Made by a program: the position numbers and the translations under genes. A stretch of DNA of 44,829 nucleotides, from sequence record NC_042084.1, one strand, 5' to 3'. The DNA comes from Escherichia phage VB_EcoS-Golestan. Positions 34,649 to 42,034 of the stretch are shown in pieces. The notes beneath the pieces are model-generated. The model saw only the letters and a list, made by a program, of their open reading frames with translations, ran no database searches and had not been told where the DNA came from. Numbering within the stretch: position 1 is the first letter of the stretch; the number at the start of each line of letters is the position of its first letter.

Positions 34649-36906
34649 TCCAAATCCTCCTCTGTCACTGTCAACATTTCATTCGGTTCGTATATTGTCT
34701 TTGGAATCTTGTTATCGTTTATGCCCCACGGCAGTCGATATTGCTTAGGTATAGGCCTGTTGTTGTTATCCAGCCCAGAGACGATAACTCCCGCCTCGTG
34801 CATCTCTTCCAGTTTCTTTCGAAGGTCGTTATTAGCGTTAATTGGTACGCCGTAACTATCCTCTTTCGCGGCTTTGACGATAGCGGACATAGAAAACCCG
34901 CGCTTGTCGTCGCCCTGCTCCTGCAATTTACCCAACGCGTAAATAACCGTAGCCTCTTTGGTGTCCAGTTTCTCGAACTGACCTACCTTTTCTTTAACGG
35001 CTTCCTTCTGTTCGTCGGTCATACCTTCTACTTTCTTCACGAAGACAGAGAAGGCGTTAAAGTTAACAAAGACATCGATGTGCGGATTTCCCGCGTCAAA
35101 ATCTCGTACATCGTCACTACTATACCCTTCCGGAAGCCCCATGAAGTTGTGAGTTGGTTCTTTCTTTTCCGGTGGCTCCGCTATCTGAATCTTCTGTATT
35201 ACGAATCCTCTGGCTTTCTGCCGTTCTCCGTTTCGGTTCTTTATGTGATACAGGTTTATCTCTAAGTTATTGTCGTTGTCCGGCTTATGCAGGAACATCC
35301 CATTATCAATGGAGTTGTGAAAGTCGCTTCCACCCTTCGGCATCATGCCGTTTTCAGACGGCACAGTTTCGTCGATGTTTTTAGTCGGGTGCACCATAGC
35401 GCCGACCGCGGCGTTAAGCGTCGACGCTATTTCGTTAAGCGCCTGCGCCGCTTCTTTCATCGACCTGTTGTCGTTCTCGTCGAAGCCAGGTATGCAAGTT
35501 TGTAGGGTATCAAACGTAACCTTTACAATTTTCTCTTCACCGGCAACACGGCGCATCATTCTTACTGCCCGGCGGCGCCACACCTCATCGAGTAAGTTAC
35601 ACCCATCCGCAACACAATCGATAATGTGCAAGCGGTCAAGGTTGTCACCGAGGGCGATTTGCAAAGACTTTTTATGACGCTCGAACGACTGTGCACCTTC
35701 ACCGGCGAAAATGAACGCATGTCCTTCCGCGACCTCCGCCCCACCGAACGCATATCTTTTTTCGGAGGCAATAGCGGCGTCAATCGCCATGCTAAATGTT
35801 GACTTACCGGTGTGGGACTTTGCGCAAATGTAGAATGATTCGTTAGTCTGCATAAGGCCGTCTACGACGGAGTAAGCAGGTTCTTTTTCAACTTCCGGCT
35901 CGTCTTCGAGGTCTTCCAGCGTGCAAGTTACAGGCTCCTCGTTCTCTGTGCGATGCAGTTCTTCAACCTCTTCGTCCGGTAAATCAGGCAAAGCCGCACG
36001 AATGCTGTTAATACTGATAGGTTGCTTGTCTACGTTAAGCTCGTCCGGAAGGCCGCACATACGCAGGGCTAGATGTTGCCGGCGGTTAAGCTCGGTACAA
36101 GCGCCATTGTTTGTGTGCTGGCAGACAAAGCGCACTTCTTTACCGTCAAGCATGATGCTGGTGGAGCCTTTACCGGTGTGCAGGTGTTCGTTAGGGCAGG
36201 GCACTTCGTACCCGCGCCCGGAAGATAAAGCGTCAAGTCCAAGCTCCGCTTCGCAGAAATGCGCTATATCTGCGTTAAGCCCATGCTCATCAGCGGCAAG
36301 TGTCTTAGCTTCACGTTTACGCAACCCCATCTCTTCGGCTTTCTTGATGTACCGCTCCGCACGGATAACACGCCCTTCTGTAACCGTTATCTTCGACTCT
36401 CTATGCGGCAGGTAGATAAGGCGGTTGCCGTCTTCTGTGCAGTGGTCACGCAATGCCTCGTCTATTTCTAACTCTGCACAAATAGCCCGTTGCACCATCC
36501 ACGCATCGTTAGAGTTAAACGGCGTGCGAGCCGGAACCAGAACGCGGAAGGCGTAATCACCGTTTTTACACGCGTGCTGATGGGATGCCGTTGTGTGTAG
36601 AATATTGAAGAACGGCGCGTTCTTGAATTTGCGGGTAAGGTCGCGGTACTGAGTACGGTTGAGATGGTCGAAGTCAAACTTAACCACACTGTCTTCCAGA
36701 ATCGCGTTTTTACGGCGACCCCCAACGGGGGCGATAGCCTTCTGCTTAATCTTGGCAGCGTCGTACTCTTCCTTAGTCCATGACGGGTCTACGGACAGAC
36801 GCTTCGATGTATCGCAGACATATTCTACGAACTGCTCCAGCGGCATTTCACGCGCTACAGGGTTTTTATCGAATGTGTTGCGCAGCGTTGCAAAAACAAT
36901 ATTCAT
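34645..36906 (-). CDS. primase-polymerase (AEP-like) / RecA-fold helicase fusion
   Basis: The N-terminus has DxD (VKFDFDH) and an SxH-like motif (TTASHQH). A central Cys/His cluster is CPNEHLH...CQH...C. The Walker A is AKSHTGKST. Confidence 0.6.
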   Translation of the reverse strand: MNIVFATLRNTFDKNPVAREMPLEQFVEYVCDTSKRLSVDPSWTKEEYDAAKIKQKAIAPVGGRRKNAILEDSVVKFDFDHLNRTQYRDLTRKFKNAPFFNILHTTASHQHACKNGDYAFRVLVPARTPFNSNDAWMVQRAICAELEIDEALRDHCTEDGNRLIYLPHRESKITVTEGRVIRAERYIKKAEEMGLRKREAKTLAADEHGLNADIAHFCEAELGLDALSSGRGYEVPCPNEHLHTGKGSTSIMLDGKEVRFVCQHTNNGACTELNRRQHLALRMCGLPDELNVDKQPISINSIRAALPDLPDEEVEELHRTENEEPVTCTLEDLEDEPEVEKEPAYSVVDGLMQTNESFYICAKSHTGKSTFSMAIDAAIASEKRYAFGGAEVAEGHAFIFAGEGAQSFERHKKSLQIALGDNLDRLHIIDCVADGCNLLDEVWRRRAVRMMRRVAGEEKIVKVTFDTLQTCIPGFDENDNRSMKEAAQALNEIASTLNAAVGAMVHPTKNIDETVPSENGMMPKGGSDFHNSIDNGMFLHKPDNDNNLEINLYHIKNRNGERQKARGFVIQKIQIAEPPEKKEPTHNFMGLPEGYSSDDVRDFDAGNPHIDVFVNFNAFSVFVKKVEGMTDEQKEAVKEKVGQFEKLDTKEATVIYALGKLQEQGDDKRGFSMSAIVKAAKEDSYGVPINANNDLRKKLEEMHEAGVIVSGLDNNNRPIPKQYRLPWGINDNKIPKTIYEPNEMLTVTEEDLE

Positions 36907-37031
36907 TTCTTTTTCTCCGCACGTTCTAAGGCTTCCTGCATACGACGCATTGCGCGGTTCATCTTTACCGGTGCGAAGAAATCAGCGCCATGTTTCTGGC
37001 GGCGTAGCTGTGGAACTATTAACTTCGACAT
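36903..37031 (-). CDS. 42-aa basic micro-protein
   Basis: MSKLIVPQLRRQKHGADFFAPVKMNRAMRRMQEALERAEKKK. SD AAGGA lies upstream, and it has an ATGA overlap with the primase-helicase start. Confidence 0.35.
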   Translation of the reverse strand: MSKLIVPQLRRQKHGADFFAPVKMNRAMRRMQEALERAEKKK

Positions 37032-37081
37032 TGTATAATCCTTGTGCTTACTTTGATGATTTGTGCTTTAGCCCCGACGTT

Positions 37082-37315
37082 CTAGCGTTGGGGTTTCTTT
37101 TGCCTACGTGCCGCATTAATCCACTCTCCTTCGCTCTGGTAGAAACTGCAATCAAGAATATCCTCTATAGAAAATTTAACTATTTTAGTGGGTCCACAAA
37201 AGTTATAAGGGAAAAGTTCTACATAACACCCATCGTCGGTTATATTTGACGCAATCTTGAAATAATATTTAATGCTGTCGTCTTCACGGAAGCTACAACC
37301 CATACGCCCAATCAT
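37082..37315 (-). CDS. hypothetical protein (77 aa)
   Basis: ORF in the leftward operon, coupled to the upstream HTH gene. Confidence 0.5.
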   Translation of the reverse strand: MIGRMGCSFREDDSIKYYFKIASNITDDGCYVELFPYNFCGPTKIVKFSIEDILDCSFYQSEGEWINAARRQKKPQR

Positions 37316-37494
37316 TTCACGTTCTCCTTAATCCACGCTTCAACTTTATTACGGTCAAATGTTCCTGGTAAACGGCGCCCCATAACTTTAATACAGCAGT
37401 CAGGGAATTTACCACTGCGTAACCAGTTATTAATTGTCTGACGTGTTACCCCGATACGTTCTGCTACTTCATTCTGGGTCATGTAATGTTGCAT
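37312..37494 (-). CDS. AlpA/MerR-like HTH DNA-binding protein
   Basis: MTQNEVAERIGVTRQTINNWLRSGKFP. AGGAG lies 8 nt before ATG 37494. Confidence 0.65.
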   Translation of the reverse strand: MQHYMTQNEVAERIGVTRQTINNWLRSGKFPDCCIKVMGRRLPGTFDRNKVEAWIKENVK

Positions 37495-37525
37495 TTTCAT
37501 ATCTCCTGTTTGTTTGGTGAAAACG

Positions 37526-37554
37526 AGTATAGGATAGCGGGAATGTAAAAGCAA
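37526..37554 (-). promoter_or_regulatory. promoter TTGCTT-N17-TATACT
   Basis: Upstream of the AlpA-like HTH gene and divergent from the leader-2 promoter. Confidence 0.45.
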
Positions 37555-37601
37555 CTAAAACACCACACAAAGTTACTAAGATACAAAAGATGCTACTGGT
37601 A

Positions 37602-37630
37602 TTGACTTTTACTAAAAAATATGGTAAGCT
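37602..37630 (+). promoter_or_regulatory. promoter TTGACT-N17-TAAGCT (leader module 2)
   Basis: Paralog of 4980-5008. Confidence 0.6.
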
Positions 37631-37636
37631 CAGCCT

Positions 37637-37858
37637 GAGCTTGTGAAGTATGAACAAGCGACCGCGGCGCGCGGCAGGCGAAACGAGCACGTGTAGCGTG
37701 TGGAGTGAGGCTCGCTAGCGCGTTTGGGAGGCCCAAAGTCTATTGTAAATCCCACCTAAATATCTAAGTTACTGATTTGCCGTAGGTCAGAACCGCAAGC
37801 TCACTCACTCACTCACTCACTCACTCTTGGTGCCTTCGGCACCACGTTCGTTTCGTTT
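37637..37858 (+). ncRNA. putative ~220-nt leader/terminated transcript 2
   Basis: Paralog of leader 1 (identical block 37634-37671). It contains (CTCA)6 and ends at the hairpin 37829-37843. Confidence 0.35.
37800..37826 (+). repeat. tetranucleotide repeat (CTCA)6 + CTC
   Basis: Counted directly. Noncoding and inside leader 2. Confidence 0.95.
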
Positions 37859-37860
37859 CG
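37829..37860 (+). terminator. hairpin GGTGCC-TTC-GGCACC + U-containing tail (end of leader 2)
   Basis: Read directly. The tail is ACGTTCGTTTCGTTTCG. Confidence 0.4.
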
Positions 37861-37910
37861 CTCGCCATCCCATTAAACGAAAGAATCACAACGGCAACGT
37901 AACTATTCTC

Positions 37911-37939
37911 TTGCACACCCCAACATAATAGGATACTAT
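37911..37939 (+). promoter_or_regulatory. class I promoter TTGCAC-N17-TACTAT
   Basis: Exact hexamers. The leader reads TCACTTATCGAAACGAG then AGGAG. Confidence 0.6.
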
Positions 37940-37973
37940 TCACTTATCGAAACGAGACAGAGGAGTGAGGGTT

Positions 37974-38165
37974 ATGTTTAAGAAGGGTCAGTTGGTTAAA
38001 ACTAAACGCGGAGGGCAATATGTATTAGTGTTGCAGGACGAGAGCGAGTATGACGAGGATAATCTGGTTGACGTATGGGGTCTGGTAAGAAAGAAAACTG
38101 GGTTCGCCTCACGCGATAATTTAGAACTCATCGGCAACAATTTTAAATTCAAAGGGGTGAAGTGA
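37974..38165 (+). CDS. hypothetical protein (63 aa)
   Basis: AGGAG lies 8 nt before ATG 37974. It is the first gene after the promoter at 37911. Confidence 0.55.
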   Translation: MFKKGQLVKTKRGGQYVLVLQDESEYDEDNLVDVWGLVRKKTGFASRDNLELIGNNFKFKGVK

Positions 38166-38383
38166 TGATTAAGGTGGAGATTAAATCGAAAGAGACAAAA
38201 CAAACTGTAGCCAGTAAAGAATTCAACAGTGAATCCGAAATAGGTCCCTGGTTAAAACAGTACGTACATTTGCAGACGGTTTATATCATTCTGACGAAGG
38301 CAAGTGGCGTTACCGTTTTACTAGAACCGGCATCGAATAATGATGCTTGTGCCGACGACTCTGAGGGAGGTTGCCGTGGATAA
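38165..38383 (+). CDS. hypothetical protein (72 aa)
   Basis: ATG overlaps the upstream TGA. Confidence 0.5.
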   Translation: MIKVEIKSKETKQTVASKEFNSESEIGPWLKQYVHLQTVYIILTKASGVTVLLEPASNNDACADDSEGGCRG

Positions 38384-38425
38384 TATTTTAATTGTCAGCG
38401 CTGTTTATGCGGGGTGGAGGTTGAT

Positions 38426-38620
38426 ATGAGTCCATATAATGAATTCCGCTTACGCCGTCTTGTTGGTGGGCTGCGCGCCGCCGAGTTTGGCGTTGAATGT
38501 CGGGAAAAGGCGAAGTACACCCCATGGAAGTCGTGGAATTTGGCCCACGCTAAGGCGGTAGCGCAGTACCGGGAGTACAAGTTAAATAGTTTCCTAAAGC
38601 ACCACGGGGTAGAGCTATGA
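38426..38620 (+). CDS. hypothetical protein (64 aa)
   Basis: GGAGG lies 5 nt before ATG 38426. Confidence 0.5.
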   Translation: MSPYNEFRLRRLVGGLRAAEFGVECREKAKYTPWKSWNLAHAKAVAQYREYKLNSFLKHHGVEL

Positions 38621-38760
38621 GAGAAGCATTCGAACGGTGGGCCGTCGTCGAGGGTCTGCCGGTTAACAAGGGTTCGAAGAAAGAGTACCTGAACATTAAG
38701 ACGCGTCTCGCGTGGCGGGCGTGGAAAGCTGGTGTGCAAACTGTGATGAATACGAGGTGA
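38617..38760 (+). CDS. 47-aa hypothetical protein
   Basis: MREAFERWAVVEGLPVNKGSKKEYLNIKTRLAWRAWKAGVQTVMNTR. It has an ATGA overlap and is below the track cutoff. Confidence 0.4.
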   Translation: MREAFERWAVVEGLPVNKGSKKEYLNIKTRLAWRAWKAGVQTVMNTR

Positions 38761-38763
38761 GAT

Positions 38764-38952
38764 ATGAGCGAGTGGATTAAGTGTAGCGAGCGGATGCCGG
38801 AGCCTTATGAATACGTTCTTGTAACTGATGGTTTTGTCGGTTGTGAGGTTATGCGTGTTAATTCAGATGGCTACTGGGGACCAGCGAAGAGTTTATATCA
38901 CGGTGATATCTCCCACTGGATGCCCTTACCTGAGCCACCGGCGCCGGTGTAA
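38764..38952 (+). CDS. DUF551-like protein
   Basis: WIKCSERMPE...VLV...ISHWMPLPEPP matches the DUF551 pattern as remembered. Confidence 0.6.
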   Translation: MSEWIKCSERMPEPYEYVLVTDGFVGCEVMRVNSDGYWGPAKSLYHGDISHWMPLPEPPAPV

Positions 38953-38997
38953 CAGGGGGTATAACAGGTCAATAGGTTACTATTTTACTGAGTGACT

Positions 38998-39035
38998 TAC
39001 GCTGCTACACAGCAGCGTATCATTTTTCTCATTTT
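38998..39035 (+). terminator. intrinsic terminator TACGCTGCT-ACAC-AGCAGCGTA + T tracts
   Basis: 9-bp stem followed by TCATTTTTCTCATTTTT. Confidence 0.7.
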
Positions 39036-39112
39036 TGTTCTATTTCACCAAACGCAACAATCGAAGCGACTATTGCAGGAGATGCAACAATACAGGCACC
39101 AATAAAATTTAC

Positions 39113-39141
39113 TTGCACACTAAGATAGAATAGGCTACTAT
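39113..39141 (+). promoter_or_regulatory. class I promoter TTGCAC-N17-TACTAT
   Basis: Exact hexamers. The leader reads TCATTTACACCAACGAG. Confidence 0.6.
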
Positions 39142-39172
39142 TCATTTACACCAACGAGTGGAGAGATGGAAG

Positions 39173-39340
39173 ATGACGTTTAAAGAAGCGGTATCATACG
39201 GGTACTTAAGACGTAGAGGAAATTATAAAGGTGCTCCGTGGGTGTGCAATGGGCGCCAGTTCGATACCTGGAAAGAGGCACTGGCGGAAGCCAATGAAAT
39301 GTTAAAAAGAGACTGGGAGCAACAGAAAAATGGACAGTAA
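39173..39340 (+). CDS. hypothetical protein (55 aa)
   Basis: First gene after the promoter at 39113. GGAG lies upstream of ATG 39173; GTG 39158 is an alternative start. Confidence 0.45.
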   Translation: MTFKEAVSYGYLRRRGNYKGAPWVCNGRQFDTWKEALAEANEMLKRDWEQQKNGQ

Positions 39341-39782
39341 AAACGAAGTATTCGAGTACCTGATTGACCAACTACGTCAGCAGGTAAATAACAACCAGTG
39401 CGAAGACCTGGCGCAAGAGGTGCAGTCGCTTAAGAATCGGTTACGTGACGCGTCGGCGCAGATTAAGGAGTTGCATAAAGAGCTTGAGTATATTGGGGGC
39501 GAGTACAGACGAGCACTTGATTACGATCTTAGCGATGCACCTAAGCAATCTGGTTGCCGTAAGGGATACACCCAGAAATCATGCTGGATTGAGTGGTCAG
39601 GAGGAGCTTGCCCTGTGCCACGCGGAACACTTGTCGATGTTATTTACCGCGACGGGGAAACCTTATGTGGCTTGCCTGCTGATGAGCTTAACGACACGGA
39701 AAGAGATGCTAGCGTCTGCTTTTGGCGACACAATGGTATGTCTAATGACATAGTTCGTTACCGTAAGGCCGTGCGCCAATGA
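39330..39782 (+). CDS. hypothetical protein (150 aa; coiled-coil N-terminus, Cys-containing C-terminus)
   Basis: Largest ORF of this operon. The C-terminus reads SCWIEWSGGACPVPRG...VCFW. Confidence 0.55.
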   Translation: MDSKNEVFEYLIDQLRQQVNNNQCEDLAQEVQSLKNRLRDASAQIKELHKELEYIGGEYRRALDYDLSDAPKQSGCRKGYTQKSCWIEWSGGACPVPRGTLVDVIYRDGETLCGLPADELNDTERDASVCFWRHNGMSNDIVRYRKAVRQ

Positions 39783-39982
39783 CCAGCATCTTATTTATCT
39801 GGGTATTGTCCGCAGGCCAGATGCAACTAGCGGCATCAGAAACGTTCTACTCGATGGAGGCGTGCCAGTCAGCGGCACGCGCCGCAGAGAACGCGCACTT
39901 CCTGTTTCAGGGCGACAAGCCCAACGATTCAGAGGTACGCGCTATCTGCTCACCTAAGCGACTTGGTAAACAGGGGAAATAA
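39779..39982 (+). CDS. small secreted/membrane protein (67 aa)
   Basis: N-terminal hydrophobic segment MTSILFIWVLSAGQMQLAAS. Confidence 0.5.
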   Translation: MTSILFIWVLSAGQMQLAASETFYSMEACQSAARAAENAHFLFQGDKPNDSEVRAICSPKRLGKQGK

Positions 39983-39983
39983 C

Positions 39984-40166
39984 ATGGTACAGAGATATGG
40001 CTACAACCCGATGTTCGGGTTTACTCCTGATGTTGAAGGCGGGTTAGTGCTTTACGAAGATTACGCGAAACTCGAAGCCGAGTTACAGAAATACAAGGAC
40101 CAGTTCCTCGATTACGTCGAGTGCGCGAACTGTGGGTCAATTACACATGTGGAAGGGGTGGAGTGA
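39984..40166 (+). CDS. hypothetical protein (60 aa)
   Basis: ATG 39984 lies right after the upstream TAA. Confidence 0.5.
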   Translation: MVQRYGYNPMFGFTPDVEGGLVLYEDYAKLEAELQKYKDQFLDYVECANCGSITHVEGVE

Positions 40167-40168
40167 AG

Positions 40169-40414
40169 ATGACGAGTAGAGAACGGTTTGAAAAGTGGTT
40201 TAATAGAAGAAGCAACTGGAAAATAACTCCATCAATGAGAAAGAAGGATGGATATATTGGCAACCCATCTGCGCAAAGCAAATGGGAAGTGTGGAAGGCG
40301 TCACGCGAAGAAATTGAGATTCAAGCGTGTCCGTGCCCAAACGACCATGGCCCGTATGTTGATGACCATTATCGCGAGCAAATTAATAACGCAGGCCTAA
40401 AGTTGAAAAAATGA
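40169..40414 (+). CDS. hypothetical protein (81 aa)
   Basis: MTSRERFEKWFNRR..., with SD GGGGTGGAG upstream. Confidence 0.5.
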   Translation: MTSRERFEKWFNRRSNWKITPSMRKKDGYIGNPSAQSKWEVWKASREEIEIQACPCPNDHGPYVDDHYREQINNAGLKLKK

Positions 40415-40500
40415 TTATCCAACTGAACGACATCATGAAAGCCGATATCATTCAGCTTGAAGATTACGGCATACAACTCGCGGAGATTCTCGGTATATGA
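40411..40500 (+). CDS. 29-aa micro-protein
   Basis: ATGA overlaps at both ends bridge the flanking genes. Confidence 0.3.
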   Translation: MIIQLNDIMKADIIQLEDYGIQLAEILGI

Positions 40501-40790
40501 GCCTCGCAACTGACATCCTGAAACGAAGCGGCCTTGCGCCGCTGTCACCGAGAGCGAAGACGAGTATATACAAGCGCCGAGGTAACGCGCTGTACCCAGA
40601 GATTCAGGCCAGACGTAAAGCTATCCGCGCCTGTGGATTCCAGAACGGGAAGGCTGTGAATCTCGGTGAGTTTAAAACGCAGGAGCGCGCAGCTATTGCT
40701 AATCGGTTATTTAATTACTGGAAATCGCTGGGATACGATGATATTCCGACTAAACCGCAGAGACGACAATACATCTGGCGTCATAAATAA
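40497..40790 (+). CDS. AP2-like DNA-binding domain protein
   Basis: GKAVNLGEFKTQERAAIANRLFNYW resembles the AP2/ERF-type fold seen in phage HNH and integrase partners. Confidence 0.4.
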   Translation: MSLATDILKRSGLAPLSPRAKTSIYKRRGNALYPEIQARRKAIRACGFQNGKAVNLGEFKTQERAAIANRLFNYWKSLGYDDIPTKPQRRQYIWRHK

Positions 40791-40821
40791 ACCGTTATTA
40801 GGATAATTCCTACCCGTGGTA

Positions 40822-40859
40822 TCCTCCAGTTACTGCATACTTAATACGCACCTGGAGGA
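40822..40859 (+). promoter_or_regulatory. hairpin sequestering the holin Shine-Dalgarno
   Basis: TCCTCCAG (40822-40829) is complementary to CTGGAGGA (40852-40859), which contains the holin SD. Confidence 0.45.
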
Positions 40860-40865
40860 TTCATC

Positions 40866-41174
40866 TTGGATAAATTTACTGAAACAGTGACAGGCTGGCT
40901 TCTCGCTGCCGCACTGGTCGGTGGATTGGTCGGACTAAGACAACATAAAAAGTCTATATCCGGGCCGATTGACGGACTGGTATTTCTTCTCACCGGCTTC
41001 GCGTGTGCCATTTTCGGTGCACCTCTTGCTGCTCAATGGTTCGGTATTACCGGTGAGCGCGAGATAGCTGGCCTCGGATTCATCATTGCCATTCTCTGGA
41101 TGCCTATCTATTCCCGCCTTTCTGGCATCGTATCGGGCGGCGATATTGCCCGCCCAGGAGGACCGCATGACTGA
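40866..41174 (+). CDS. holin (three predicted TMDs)
   Basis: TTG start 6 nt after GGAGGA. Hydrophobic segments are WLLAAALVGGLVGL, LVFLLTGFACAIFGAPLAA and GLGFIIAILWMPIY. It lies upstream of the endolysin gene. Confidence 0.65.
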   Translation: MDKFTETVTGWLLAAALVGGLVGLRQHKKSISGPIDGLVFLLTGFACAIFGAPLAAQWFGITGEREIAGLGFIIAILWMPIYSRLSGIVSGGDIARPGGPHD

Positions 41175-41439
41175 GCTATTCTGGTTTGTCGTAATGCTTT
41201 CAATTGGCGCTTCGTCCCTGTTCAACGTGTATAACGAACACGTGGACGACGGGCTGTTCGGGCGTGTGCTTTATATTCTGACTGCTATTGTCTGCGCCGC
41301 CGGATGTATCCACCTGTTACAGGGCAGCATGTCACCGACGCTGCCTGAGACATTAATCACATTAGTTGCGCTGCGTCAGATTCGTCAGGCGTGGCTGTCG
41401 TACGGAGGGCATAAGCGTGTCTCGAAACATTTCAGATAA
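41167..41439 (+). CDS. second lysis membrane protein (holin/antiholin-like, two TMDs)
   Basis: MTELFWFVVMLSIGASSLF and VLYILTAIVCAAGCIHLL. It lies between the holin and endolysin genes. Confidence 0.5.
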   Translation: MTELFWFVVMLSIGASSLFNVYNEHVDDGLFGRVLYILTAIVCAAGCIHLLQGSMSPTLPETLITLVALRQIRQAWLSYGGHKRVSKHFR

Positions 41440-41902
41440 TGGGTTGCATTTCACCGCAGCATTTGAGGGATTCCGCGGAACCGCGTATCGCGCTACACCG
41501 AACGAGAAGTACCTTACGATTGGGTATGGTCACTACGGGCCGGACGTTAAGGCGGGGCAGACCATCACACCGGGACAAGGACTCCTGTTACTGAATCGTG
41601 ATATGGCTAAGGCTGTAGCCGCAGTTGATGCGGCAGCACACCATTCGCTTACACAGGCACAGTTCGACGCAGTGTGCGACCTGGTGTATAACGCTGGTGC
41701 CGGTGTGATTGCGGCTACTACTGGCACAGGTAAGGCACTGCGTTCTGGTGACGTCACGACTCTGCGGGCTAAGCTGGCGCTGTTCATCAACCAGAACGGC
41801 AAACCGATACTTGGACTGCGTCGTCGTACCGCCGGTCGTCTGGCGCTGTTCGACGGTAAACCGTGGCAGGAGGCGGAGGCTATCGGGAGGGCTGTTAGAT
41901 GA
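41417..41902 (+). CDS. endolysin (T4-lysozyme-like, GH24)
   Basis: FTAAFEGFRGTAYRAT...LTIGYGHYG gives an E-D-T catalytic pattern. GTG 41417 follows GGAGGG. Confidence 0.8.
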   Translation: MSRNISDNGLHFTAAFEGFRGTAYRATPNEKYLTIGYGHYGPDVKAGQTITPGQGLLLLNRDMAKAVAAVDAAAHHSLTQAQFDAVCDLVYNAGAGVIAATTGTGKALRSGDVTTLRAKLALFINQNGKPILGLRRRTAGRLALFDGKPWQEAEAIGRAVR

Positions 41903-41963
41903 TGGAAGAAAACTGGGACGTATAGTAAACTTACTCCCACGCTGCTTGTGCTTGCACCACCCG

Positions 41964-41996
41964 AAACCCGGACCGCGAATCCGGGTTTTATTTTAC
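41964..41996 (+). terminator. terminator after the endolysin gene
   Basis: AAACCCGG-loop-CCGGGTTT + TATTTTA. Confidence 0.65.
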
Positions 41997-41999
41997 CAA

Positions 42000-42028
42000 T
42001 TGACACCTAAGACTAATCCGACGATACT
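42000..42028 (+). promoter_or_regulatory. promoter TTGACA-N17-GATACT (orphan, drives a small RNA)
   Basis: Consensus -35 with 17-nt spacer. It lies between two terminators with no ORF downstream. Confidence 0.5.
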
Positions 42029-42034
42029 TAAATC

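Noticed and set aside
38971-38990. Palindrome plus TACTAT after the DUF551 gene as an active promoter for a tiny RNA
   Set aside because: No -35 is present, and the only downstream element is the operon terminator. It is more likely an extra operator copy or a promoter remnant.
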